In this document: positions 1 through 8,797 of the stretch, one piece after another
How the letters are laid out: every line of letters starts with the position of its first letter
How positions within the stretch are numbered: position 1 is the first letter of the stretch
DNA from: a virus
Taxonomy: Duplodnaviria; Caudoviricetes
Direction: 5' to 3' (one strand)
DNA: 51,610 nt
Virus record (IMG/VR): IMGVR_UViG_3300021142_001969
Span: 1 to 51,610 of that record
Notes under the pieces: generated by a model
What the model was told of the DNA's origin: nothing
Seen by the model: the letters and a program-made list of their open reading frames with translations, nothing else
Database searches by the model: none
Program-made: the position numbers and the translations under genes

Positions 1-118
1 AACTAAGTGTTTTGACTGTATCACCGATATTAATGGTATCAATCCTTCCAAGCAAAAATAATCCTCGTAAGAGTATTAACGAGGATTCAATTAAAGAGCT
101 TGCTGATAGTATGCAAGT
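1..118. repeat. Terminal direct repeat, left copy (circular assembly overlap)
   Basis: 1-118 matches 51493-51610 except G18 vs A51510. Confidence 0.95.
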
Positions 119-1538
119 TAATGGATTGCTTCAACCTATAACCATTCGTCCTGATGCTGATGGATTCGAGATAGTAGCAGGAGAACGCAGATGGAGAGCA
201 GCTAAGTTGTTGAGATGGGAAACTATACCTGCAATTGTAAGGCACGTATCTGATGAGGATATGCTCGAGATTCAGGTATTAGAGAACTTACAGAGAGAGG
301 ATATGAGTCCATTGGATGAAGCATTAGCATTTCAAACCCTTCTGAAGAAAGAAAGCCTGGACTGGTTATCATCTAAGATTCACAAATCAAAGAAGTATGT
401 ACTGGATAGAATTAAGCTAAATGACTTATGTCTGGAGGCGAAGCTGTACCTTACTAAAGGCGTGTTGCCTTTAGGTCACGCAGTGATGCTATCAAAGATT
501 AAGGAAGAAGAACAGGAGAAAATACTTAAAGGCATAATCACAATTCCTTATAACGATAAAAGCGAAAAAGATATCAGTTTGAGTTACTGCTTTAAAACTT
601 TAAATGAACTGAAAAGCCTTATCAGTTCAACATTCTCTTCATTTTCAAACGCTCCTTTCAGTCTATCAAGTTCAGATTTAATAGATGGTGTTCCTTCTTG
701 CAACGAGTGCGATAAAAGAACCTGCAACCAGAATCTTTTATTTGGGGATATTACGAGTAAAGATGAGTGTACTGATGTATCCTGCTTCAAAAGCAAAATA
801 AAGGCTCATGTGGATGAAAAGATTCAGGAAGCTAAATACAAATATATTGGTGTGCAAAGTGGAGAATCTGATCCTTATGCAAGTTGTAATATTAAGGTTA
901 AAGGTCAGTCACTTCGATATGAAGAAAAACAGAAAGATGGTCTTATCCCGGTAGTTATTACTAAAGCTGATAACTGGAGACAAAAAGACCTTGGTAAAAC
1001 TGTTTGGGTTAAGATGCCTGAGAAAGAAGAAATTGAAAAGACTAAAGAAGAGAAATCTTCAAATAACAATCGGAACTGGAAGGAAGAACAAAAGGAGCTT
1101 TTCTATGCTGAAGTTGAATTGCTAAATAAAATATTACCATCAGTAGTTACTGGTATACCTAAAATTAATAGATCTGCTATACTTGATGACTTATTTGTTT
1201 CTCTTTTAAGTGAAATTGATTTATGTTATATAATGGTTTTTGCTCACTCTATGGGTATTGAAATATCTACAGAAGTTAATAATATTTATGACTATATAGA
1301 GAGTTTAACGTGGGGAGAAAAAGACGAATTGAAACCTGAGCTTATTAAAAGCATTTGGGGTAAATGTAACGCAGATAAGGATAGAGATTGTGTTCTTAAA
1401 GTTATGTCGAATTTATATTATATCGGTAAAACTATCGATCAAAGAGATTCTGAAGAAGAATATGAATTTGGAATATTGACATGGAAGGGTTACTCTGACT
1501 TAATTAATATTGACAAACTTATTAACCCTGAAGATTAG
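12..1538 (+). CDS. ParB/RepB/Spo0J-family protein; true start likely ATG 51459 across the circular junction
   Basis: NPRK, LADSM..NGLLQPI, IVAGERRWRAA, ENLQREDMSPLDEA ParB motifs; Cys cluster later; the frame continues upstream through the terminal repeat to MAKAKKTVEHK. Confidence 0.9.
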   Translation: MTVSPILMVSILPSKNNPRKSINEDSIKELADSMQVNGLLQPITIRPDADGFEIVAGERRWRAAKLLRWETIPAIVRHVSDEDMLEIQVLENLQREDMSPLDEALAFQTLLKKESLDWLSSKIHKSKKYVLDRIKLNDLCLEAKLYLTKGVLPLGHAVMLSKIKEEEQEKILKGIITIPYNDKSEKDISLSYCFKTLNELKSLISSTFSSFSNAPFSLSSSDLIDGVPSCNECDKRTCNQNLLFGDITSKDECTDVSCFKSKIKAHVDEKIQEAKYKYIGVQSGESDPYASCNIKVKGQSLRYEEKQKDGLIPVVITKADNWRQKDLGKTVWVKMPEKEEIEKTKEEKSSNNNRNWKEEQKELFYAEVELLNKILPSVVTGIPKINRSAILDDLFVSLLSEIDLCYIMVFAHSMGIEISTEVNNIYDYIESLTWGEKDELKPELIKSIWGKCNADKDRDCVLKVMSNLYYIGKTIDQRDSEEEYEFGILTWKGYSDLINIDKLINPED

Positions 1539-1539
1539 T

Positions 1540-3258
1540 ATGCTTGACATTCAACCAACACATAACGGCTTTGAGGTTTCCTTCCAGTACAAACCTTGGT
1601 TAGTGGCTGCTATTAAGCAGATATCTGGAGTAAGGTTTAACGGTGGCAAGAAGAACTGGTGGGTGCCTGAAACTTCTGGTCCTGCTCTACTGAATTGGGC
1701 TAAAGGCTTAAATGCTAACATAGCAACTACACAAAAAGTGGATATCGGAGAAATAGATCCTCTACCGGAATTGACTGTTGAAATTCCTATGAAGAGAACT
1801 ATGTTTCCATATCAGGCAAACGGTGTGGCTTATAATCTGATTCATGAGCGTGTAATTATTGGCGATGAACCTGGATTAGGTAAGACCGGGCAAAGTATCG
1901 CTACCATGCTAGGTGCCGGAGCTAAATGTATTCTGGTAATCTGCCCTGCTACACTAAAGGAAAACTGGAAGGTTGAGATTGAACAGAAGTGGACATGGGA
2001 TAAAGCAATGATCCTAAATGACAGAGTTAAATCTACATGGCCTCAATATTATAAGGTTGGGATTGTTAAGTGGTTCATCATTAATTATGAGAGTCTAAAA
2101 AAATTCTTTGTAACTAAAATTGATACTGTTTATGATAAAGATGGAAAGAAAATGCCGCTCCGCTTAAATCATATCCACTTTAATGACAATATCAGTCTGT
2201 TTGATGGTATCATCATTGATGAGATTCATAGGTGTAAGGATGGGAAAACACAAACCAGCAAGTTCTGTATGGGTGTTGCAAGAGGAAAGAAGTGGGTTCT
2301 TGGTCTTACTGGAACACCTGTTATGAATAAACCGAACGATCTTATTCCACAGCTTCACATTATCAATCATCTGCATTCACTTGGTGGATATAAGTATTTC
2401 AATGACCGGTATTGTGATGGGCCAAATGGTTCATCCAATCTGAAGGAGTTGAATTATTTCCTGAATAAGAATTGCTTTTACAGAAGATTGAAAAAAGAAG
2501 TACTGAAGGATTTGCCGGATAAAATAAGATCTGTTATTAAAGTGGATATTACCAACATGCCTGAGTACAAGAAGGCTGAAGACAATTTTATTGATTACTT
2601 ACGGGATAACCTGAAGAAGAGTGAAGGAGAAATAGATACAGCCCTAAGAGGACAAATAATGGTGCAGATTGGAATACTGAAGAAGATAGCAGCCAGAGGA
2701 AAGATTGAAGCGATAATTGAGGCAGTTGAAGAAGTGACGGATGCTGGAGAAAAGCTGGTATTGTTTGCGTGGCATAAGGAGATAGTGCATGAACTGAAGA
2801 AGTATTTTCCTAAAGCTGTATCTATTGTAGGAGATGATGATATGGAAACCCGTAACAGATCAGTATATGAGTTTCAGAAGTGTAAGAGTTGCGGAGTGAA
2901 GTTTGAGGATCATGACAATAGTCATGAATATGTAGGGAGTGATACTGGTCTGATTATATGTAACATTAAGAGTGGTGGTGTGGGAATTACCCTGACAGCA
3001 GCTTCCAGGGTGTACTTTATTGAGTTACCATGGAACAGTGCTCAGTCTGATCAGTGTGAAGACAGGTGTCACCGTATTAGTCAAAAGAATAATGTGCAGG
3101 CTGGTTTCTTCTTAGGTAGGAATACTATTGATGAATATATCTATGATATCATTGAGAAGAAGCGTGTAATTGCTAATGAGGTGACCGGGGATGAGAATAC
3201 AGTGGAGACTAGCGTAATTAACGAGTTTATCAACCAATTTACCAAGGATAAGTTTTAA
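1540..3258 (+). CDS. SNF2-family helicase with N-terminal HARP-like domain
   Basis: GDEPGLGKT, IIDEIH, LTGTP, QCEDRCHRISQ; ATG at 1540 follows the upstream stop. Confidence 0.9.
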   Translation: MLDIQPTHNGFEVSFQYKPWLVAAIKQISGVRFNGGKKNWWVPETSGPALLNWAKGLNANIATTQKVDIGEIDPLPELTVEIPMKRTMFPYQANGVAYNLIHERVIIGDEPGLGKTGQSIATMLGAGAKCILVICPATLKENWKVEIEQKWTWDKAMILNDRVKSTWPQYYKVGIVKWFIINYESLKKFFVTKIDTVYDKDGKKMPLRLNHIHFNDNISLFDGIIIDEIHRCKDGKTQTSKFCMGVARGKKWVLGLTGTPVMNKPNDLIPQLHIINHLHSLGGYKYFNDRYCDGPNGSSNLKELNYFLNKNCFYRRLKKEVLKDLPDKIRSVIKVDITNMPEYKKAEDNFIDYLRDNLKKSEGEIDTALRGQIMVQIGILKKIAARGKIEAIIEAVEEVTDAGEKLVLFAWHKEIVHELKKYFPKAVSIVGDDDMETRNRSVYEFQKCKSCGVKFEDHDNSHEYVGSDTGLIICNIKSGGVGITLTAASRVYFIELPWNSAQSDQCEDRCHRISQKNNVQAGFFLGRNTIDEYIYDIIEKKRVIANEVTGDENTVETSVINEFINQFTKDKF

Positions 3259-3270
3259 AAATTATCAGAG

Positions 3271-4107
3271 TTGAAGCTTAAAATTAATTATATAACCGAG
3301 ATCAACATGTTCTACGATTGGCTCGAAACAAATCAAGTTCCTAAATCCTCCATAGCACTATGGCACGCTTTAATGCACATAGGAAATAAGACAGGATGGG
3401 AAGAAGTATTTGCAGTAGCCGTATCAACTATTGAATCTAAAACAGGATTCAAACGGTCTGAATTGTTTGACGCTCGGAATATTTTAGCACAGAAAGGTAG
3501 AATCATTTGGTATCAAAGAGGCGGTAATCTATGTGCAGAATATTCTATAATTCCTTTTTGCGTCCATAATACGGACACAAGTGCGGACACAAGTGCGGAC
3601 GCAAACAGGAACACAAACACCTACACAAATCCGACACAAACACCTACTATTAATAAACTAAACAATACTAAACTAAACAATAAATCTTTTGTCGGCGATA
3701 AACCGCCAACAAAAAAAAAGAAAAAGGATGATTTTAGTAAAAGTTTGTTTTGGACAGAATTTGTTCAGGTGTGGAATTTGTTTTATGAAGGGAAAAATAA
3801 ATCAAAGTATTTGTATCAGCAGAAGGATTTTGGTTGCCTGAAGAAGATTTATGATTTTCTGAAAAAACGATCAGAGGAAAAGAAATGGGAGTTTACAAAA
3901 GAAAATCTAGTAAAGGCATTTAATATCCATTTGGATAACGCATACAAAAAAGACGAATGGTTGCGGAATAATTTCACTATTCCCAATATCCTTTCACAAT
4001 TTAATCAAATAGAAAATTCAAAACAACAGGAAAATGGCAGAAGTAAAATTAATACGGGATCTGCTCCCGATCCGGCAAGACCAGGAAGGGAATATACAAA
4101 GCTATAA
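3271..4107 (+). CDS. Phage replication initiator (DnaD/replisome-organizer-like)
   Basis: NYITEINMFYDWL wHTH-type N-terminus, internal iterons, upstream of a DnaC-like ATPase. Confidence 0.75.
   Translation: MKLKINYITEINMFYDWLETNQVPKSSIALWHALMHIGNKTGWEEVFAVAVSTIESKTGFKRSELFDARNILAQKGRIIWYQRGGNLCAEYSIIPFCVHNTDTSADTSADANRNTNTYTNPTQTPTINKLNNTKLNNKSFVGDKPPTKKKKKDDFSKSLFWTEFVQVWNLFYEGKNKSKYLYQQKDFGCLKKIYDFLKKRSEEKKWEFTKENLVKAFNIHLDNAYKKDEWLRNNFTIPNILSQFNQIENSKQQENGRSKINTGSAPDPARPGREYTKL
3557..3690. repeat. Putative replication origin: 12-bp-period iterons plus AT-rich tract
   Basis: CGGACACAAGTG-CGGACACAAGTG-CGGACGCAAA followed by degenerate ACACAAA units, one inverted copy (TTTGCGTCC), then TAAACTAAACAATA twice. 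Confidence 0.7.
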
Positions 4108-4942
4108 AATGATTCTTACTCCACATGAACAAGAATCAGCAATTGAGTATGCTGTTAATGTTGCAAAAAAAGCATTCATACAGCGAAAACTAAATGCCGG
4201 AATAACAGAAGCAAGAATTGCGCTAATACTTGCACAAAAAGATTTCTTAAAAGAGCTTGGAGGAGTTGATAAAATATTAGCTTCTGCTAACGAAAGAAAG
4301 CATTGGCAATTAGAACATGAGGAGAATAGGAAAAATAGATTGGAAAAAGATCAAATAGAAAAAGAAACGTTACTTAAAGTTTGGGATGCAAATAAATTCT
4401 ACAATCTTATCCGGTATTATTTCAGGGTTGAAGCAAATAAAGAGTTTATTACAGATGAAAATAATTTGCCATTAGTAAAAGCAGTTTGCTTCTTCATGTC
4501 TTGCGATAGTAGATTCGAAACAGAATTAGGATATAGTTTGAAAAAAGGTTTGTTATTGCTAGGACCGGCTGGAGTCGGTAAAACAGAAATAATAAAAGGA
4601 GTATGGGATAATCCTGTAAAATCTATTGCAATTTATTCTCTTTTAGCAATCACTGAGAACATAAGAACATTTGGCGAACATAAAATTGATTATTCTAATA
4701 CGATCGCTTTGGATGATGTCGGTAGTGAAGAGCCTACTGTAAAACATTATGGTACCGATATCAGCTGGTTTAAAGACTTCATAGAAAGTTATTACTTAAA
4801 ATTCAATAATTATTCAAAATTAATCATTACCACAAATTGTGATGGTGATGAAATAGAAAGATTATACGGTTTAAGAGTTCGTGATCGTATGAGAGAGATG
4901 TTCAATGTGATAGAAGTAAAAGGTGAATCTAGGAGGAAATAA
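4034..4942 (+). CDS. DnaC/IstB-like helicase-loader ATPase
   Basis: GPAGVGKT, LDDVGSE, IITTN, YGLRVRDRMREM. Confidence 0.85.
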   Translation: MAEVKLIRDLLPIRQDQEGNIQSYKMILTPHEQESAIEYAVNVAKKAFIQRKLNAGITEARIALILAQKDFLKELGGVDKILASANERKHWQLEHEENRKNRLEKDQIEKETLLKVWDANKFYNLIRYYFRVEANKEFITDENNLPLVKAVCFFMSCDSRFETELGYSLKKGLLLLGPAGVGKTEIIKGVWDNPVKSIAIYSLLAITENIRTFGEHKIDYSNTIALDDVGSEEPTVKHYGTDISWFKDFIESYYLKFNNYSKLIITTNCDGDEIERLYGLRVRDRMREMFNVIEVKGESRRK

Positions 4943-4944
4943 TT

Positions 4945-5172
4945 ATGCCACAATTAAAACTTTTCATCAATAACTATTTACAGCCGTACGCAAAGATGAA
5001 TATTGATTTTGACGACTGCGAAACACTAATCGAAAGAGAAGAGCATTGTAAGGATGTTGCCACATTGCTTTATTGGCAATATGCACCAAAAATACATAGC
5101 CTGAAACTTGATTGTACTGTTTATCTATACCATGAAAGTAAAATGAACGATAAAAATTTTATAACCAAATAA
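4945..5172 (+). CDS. Hypothetical protein
   Basis: Tightly packed ORF in operon. Confidence 0.6.
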   Translation: MPQLKLFINNYLQPYAKMNIDFDDCETLIEREEHCKDVATLLYWQYAPKIHSLKLDCTVYLYHESKMNDKNFITK

Positions 5173-5180
5173 ATAATAAA

Positions 5181-5528
5181 ATGAGTAACTCAAATATTAT
5201 AAATGGAATTATTGAACTTAAAAAAGCAAAGGACTTATTTGAGGATGTTGTAAGGCAATCAGGTGATGGTACTAAATTAATAAGCAATGTGATTAAAAGG
5301 ATTGAACAAACTAAAAATGTATTTACTACATCTTCTTTGTTCCCTGACGTTGTTATTGAAGGTATCAGAAAAGAATGGGCTGCAGATAGTTTTACTGTGG
5401 ATGCTATTACTGAAAAGATAGCATTACTATCACCAGAGCAGCGCGAAGCAATTGAAAATGTAATTGATAAAGTCCTGGAAGGAGAGAGTTTAGAAATTGA
5501 ATATCACGAAAATAAAGATAATGGCTAA
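5181..5528 (+). CDS. Hypothetical protein
   Basis: ORF with A-rich leader. Confidence 0.65.
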   Translation: MSNSNIINGIIELKKAKDLFEDVVRQSGDGTKLISNVIKRIEQTKNVFTTSSLFPDVVIEGIRKEWAADSFTVDAITEKIALLSPEQREAIENVIDKVLEGESLEIEYHENKDNG

Positions 5529-5916
5529 AGCAAGAAAAATAGGATCACTGGATTTATCAAAAGTGCTGCACCTGAATCCATCGCTGGCAATGCCGGCACC
5601 CGCAAAGAAGAAATCGAAGTATCGCAACCAGCGGACAGAAGTTGACGGTATAAAATTCGATAGTAAAAAGGAAGCAGAATATTACGGTATTCTAAAAATG
5701 CGAATGAAAGCCGGTGAAATATCAGATTTAAAGCTTCAGGTAGAATTTAAGTTGCTATCCTTCTCCTATATAGCTGACTTTGTTTACTTCGAAAATAAGT
5801 CAATAAAGCTGGAAGTGGTAGATGTTAAGTCTGATATGACCAGACGGCTACCCGTCTATCGGATGAAGAAGAAAGCAATGTTTAACGAGTTGGGAATTGA
5901 AATAAAGGAGGTATAA
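5521..5916 (+). CDS. DUF1064-family PD-(D/E)XK nuclease
   Basis: SKYRN..TEVDGIKFDSKKEA, YIADFVY, VVDVKS. Confidence 0.85.
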   Translation: MAKARKIGSLDLSKVLHLNPSLAMPAPAKKKSKYRNQRTEVDGIKFDSKKEAEYYGILKMRMKAGEISDLKLQVEFKLLSFSYIADFVYFENKSIKLEVVDVKSDMTRRLPVYRMKKKAMFNELGIEIKEV

Positions 5917-5917
5917 T

Positions 5918-6127
5918 ATGGCATTTGAATGTTTAGACAACTTCACCAACGAAATAGCAAATAAGTGTAGAAGACGAGAGAATCCTATTCTATTAAACGT
6001 TTTAGCAGATTATTATGCTTATGGATTGCAAAATGCAAAATTCAGAGCACAAAGAGAGCATTGTAAGAATGTAATAAAAGAATTAAGCCCGTCATTTTAT
6101 GATGGATATTTTAAAAATAAAAAGTAA
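5918..6127 (+). CDS. Hypothetical protein
   Basis: Starts 1 nt after the upstream stop. Confidence 0.55.
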   Translation: MAFECLDNFTNEIANKCRRRENPILLNVLADYYAYGLQNAKFRAQREHCKNVIKELSPSFYDGYFKNKK

Positions 6128-6131
6128 AAAA

Positions 6132-6410
6132 ATGGACTATCAAGGTAAAATTTATGGTAAAGTTGGATACATATATTTCCCTTTACAAATGACTTCAGAA
6201 GAAGTTGATGAGTTAGTAAAATTTAAAGAAACTGCTTTAAAGGAAATTGAGGAATTAAAAAATAAAGCTGAAAAATGGGATAAACTGAAAGCTAAAGTAG
6301 ATAAATTCTATTTGAATAAAAAAGGTGAATATGATGAGGAAAACCCCGAAGAAGAAGGCGACCTGATTACAATAGGAGAAATAGCTGCTACAGAAGTAGG
6401 TTGGCTTTAA
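6132..6410 (+). CDS. Hypothetical protein
   Basis: Likely ATG at 6132. Confidence 0.6.
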   Translation: MDYQGKIYGKVGYIYFPLQMTSEEVDELVKFKETALKEIEELKNKAEKWDKLKAKVDKFYLNKKGEYDEENPEEEGDLITIGEIAATEVGWL

Positions 6411-6438
6411 TTAATCATTTTAAAAAGTAAAAAAATAT

Positions 6439-7083
6439 ATGGAACACAAATTCACAGTAAATTCAGATGGTAGTATCTCCTATAATGGAGAGGTATTTGT
6501 AAAGGGCGAAATGAAGCCTACAATTGACAAAGAAGCCCTACTAAAAGAAGCAAGAGAAAGATATCCTATCGGGACTAAGTATAAAGATTTATTAGAAGGA
6601 GGTATAGAAGAAGTTAAAGGAGAGTTTAAATTTTATGTTTATAAAAATGTTGTTTATATAACAGATGGATATGGTGGTGAAGTTTATAAAGATGGAGTTT
6701 GGGCAGAGACCACTATCCCAACCTTAGAAGATATATATAATGAGGTTAAGCCTGAATGGTTTGTTGTAAATGTTGACATAGTAGATTCAGAATATGAAAA
6801 CTATGAAGTTGACAACGACCAATTACCTACTAAAGAAGATGCAGAACACCACCTTGCAGCTATGCAATTAACAGTATTAGCTAAATATTGGAATGGGAAG
6901 TTTAAGGATGAAGAAGCAGACTGTTATTTTTTCTTATTAAATAAAGATTCAAATAACATCATTGCAACATCAATAGTTTCTATAATTACTTATGGTCAAC
7001 CCTTGTTTACCTTATCGGCAGCAAAAACAATCCTTACCCACTATAAAGATGTGCTTAATAAATATTTTAGAATAAAAAATTAA
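6439..7083 (+). CDS. Hypothetical phage protein
   Basis: 214-aa ORF. Confidence 0.7.
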   Translation: MEHKFTVNSDGSISYNGEVFVKGEMKPTIDKEALLKEARERYPIGTKYKDLLEGGIEEVKGEFKFYVYKNVVYITDGYGGEVYKDGVWAETTIPTLEDIYNEVKPEWFVVNVDIVDSEYENYEVDNDQLPTKEDAEHHLAAMQLTVLAKYWNGKFKDEEADCYFFLLNKDSNNIIATSIVSIITYGQPLFTLSAAKTILTHYKDVLNKYFRIKN

Positions 7084-7090
7084 TACAATT

Positions 7091-7471
7091 ATGTATAAGA
7101 AAGTCTTATTAAAAGATGAATTACCCCCTATTGGTGTTTATATTACAACTATTGATTCTAATAATAATCATGTTGTATATAAAATGAATGAAGATAAATC
7201 ATTCACCATGAAAGGTACTTACGAGAATAATAATTCACCAATCATATATTGGTTGAAGGAAGGCGGATATTATCTATTTAGTTATCATTTAGGTTGCAGA
7301 ATAGATGAAGGTTGGGGTAACATGGCATTAGTGTTTGCTAGTAATCAAGACGAAGCAAAAGAGATATTAATTAAAGAAAAGACTATAAGTAAAGAAACTG
7401 CAAGTATTGGGCTTGCTTTTGGGTGGAATAAAGATATAGTGCCTGATAATATCTATTGTTTAAATTTATGA
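7091..7471 (+). CDS. Hypothetical protein
   Basis: 126-aa ORF. Confidence 0.65.
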   Translation: MYKKVLLKDELPPIGVYITTIDSNNNHVVYKMNEDKSFTMKGTYENNNSPIIYWLKEGGYYLFSYHLGCRIDEGWGNMALVFASNQDEAKEILIKEKTISKETASIGLAFGWNKDIVPDNIYCLNL

Positions 7472-7566
7472 AATATATTAAATCAATAAGATGGTATCTG
7501 AAATGCTACGGTCTTCTGAAAGAAAAGAAGACAGTAAGAAGGTTTTTCAGGAAGATAATTAAATAA
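7468..7566 (+). CDS. Small basic 32-aa ORF (not in ORF track)
   Basis: ATGA overlap with the upstream stop; MKYIKSIRWYLKCYGLLKEKKTVRRFFRKIIK. Confidence 0.4.
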   Translation: MKYIKSIRWYLKCYGLLKEKKTVRRFFRKIIK

Positions 7567-7626
7567 ATATTTTTGAATTATAAATTAAGTTATGCAAAAA
7601 GAATACACATACAAAAAAAATAAACC

Positions 7627-8022
7627 ATGAACAGAGAAGAGTTAGAGAATAGAATTTTCAAAGAGCTTTGTTTAGTCAGAGGTGGATTATGGGGAAGCGC
7701 AAGGGTAGCTGCCGACATAGCAGAAGCCTACGCTGCTGAAAAGGTTAAGGAAGCAGAAGAGAGTAGATGGGTGAGGGTTGATAGCGGTATTTTACCAACT
7801 GACCATAATGGAAGACTATGTATATTAGAAGATGGAGGCTATTGTATCGCATTTTATACTAAGGGTGGAGATTATGATAGTACTATTATAAATGAAGACC
7901 AAGAGCCACAAGAAACATTTTTAAATGAAGGATGGTATGAATTATGTGAGCAAGAAGACGACTCTTATGGAGATGCTGCATTTAAAAGAAACGTTGTTAA
8001 ATATCAAACAATACAACAATAA
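7627..8022 (+). CDS. Hypothetical protein (DUF551-like character)
   Basis: RWVRVDSGILP motif. Confidence 0.6.
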   Translation: MNREELENRIFKELCLVRGGLWGSARVAADIAEAYAAEKVKEAEESRWVRVDSGILPTDHNGRLCILEDGGYCIAFYTKGGDYDSTIINEDQEPQETFLNEGWYELCEQEDDSYGDAAFKRNVVKYQTIQQ

Positions 8023-8033
8023 AATAAACAACT

Positions 8034-8249
8034 ATGAGTAACGAATTATTTGAATCAGAACCACAAAGGAAAGGAGTCAATTTAGATACTTGCCGTCACT
8101 GTGAACATAGACAACGACATCAATGTGGAGGTTCTATTATCCAGTATTGCGGAGTAAGGAAAAGCAATCGGACTGAAAATGGGCTATTAAAAATTAAAGT
8201 TACTGATGATGCCTGTATAGCGTTTAAACTAATCAAACCAAAAATATGA
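8034..8249 (+). CDS. Small Cys-rich protein
   Basis: CRHC..C..C..C. Confidence 0.6.
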   Translation: MSNELFESEPQRKGVNLDTCRHCEHRQRHQCGGSIIQYCGVRKSNRTENGLLKIKVTDDACIAFKLIKPKI

Positions 8250-8689
8250 AAGTAATAAGCATTTTACAGCCATGGGCATCACTGGTAGTCCTCGGCCACA
8301 AGAAAATTGAAACCCGTTCCTGGAATACGAAGTATCGGGGTGAGCTGCTGATCCATGCGAGTGCAAGCGTAAAATCTTGGCAGGGATTATGGCATCAAGA
8401 ACCTTTTAAATCAGTATTGAATGATTATGATGTGCCTCCTTTTGGTGCAATTATCGGGAAAGTGAATCTGATTCATACAATTAAAACTGAATATTGTATT
8501 GCTGGTAGTGAATTTGGTAATCATGAAGATGCAGATCCAAAAATTTGGGAAATGACAGATCAGGAACTTGCATTCGGTGACTATTCCCCTAATCGCTATG
8601 CCTGGTTGTTCTCAAATTCTGTTTCATTAGATAAGCCAATTCCCGCAAAAGGACAGTTGGGAATTTGGAATTGGGAGGGGGAAAAATAA
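8246..8689 (+). CDS. ASCH-domain protein
   Basis: SILQPWASLVVLGHKKIETRSW, GELLIHA, PIPAKGQLGIW. Confidence 0.9.
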   Translation: MKVISILQPWASLVVLGHKKIETRSWNTKYRGELLIHASASVKSWQGLWHQEPFKSVLNDYDVPPFGAIIGKVNLIHTIKTEYCIAGSEFGNHEDADPKIWEMTDQELAFGDYSPNRYAWLFSNSVSLDKPIPAKGQLGIWNWEGEK

Positions 8690-8704
8690 AATAAAAAATA
8701 TTTT

Positions 8705-8743
8705 GTTCCAAATTTGGAACTTCGGAAAGAAGTTGTATATTTG
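8705..8743 (+). promoter_or_regulatory. Bacteroidota sigma-A promoter with overlapping 16-bp perfect palindrome
   Basis: TTTG(8713-16)-N19-TATATTTG(8736-43); GTTCCAAATTTGGAAC at 8705-8720. Confidence 0.8.
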
Positions 8744-8797
8744 CAGTATCAAATAACAAAACACAACCTCAAGTGTATAACATGGAGACCGAAAGTT

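Noticed and set aside
1-118. Biological terminal repeats
   Set aside because: The repeat falls mid-gene, has assembler-overlap size, and the terminase looks headful-type
3572-3645. CRISPR or mini-array
   Set aside because: 12-bp tandem units with no spacers, inside a coding gene; better explained as iterons. No repeat-spacer array was noticed elsewhere
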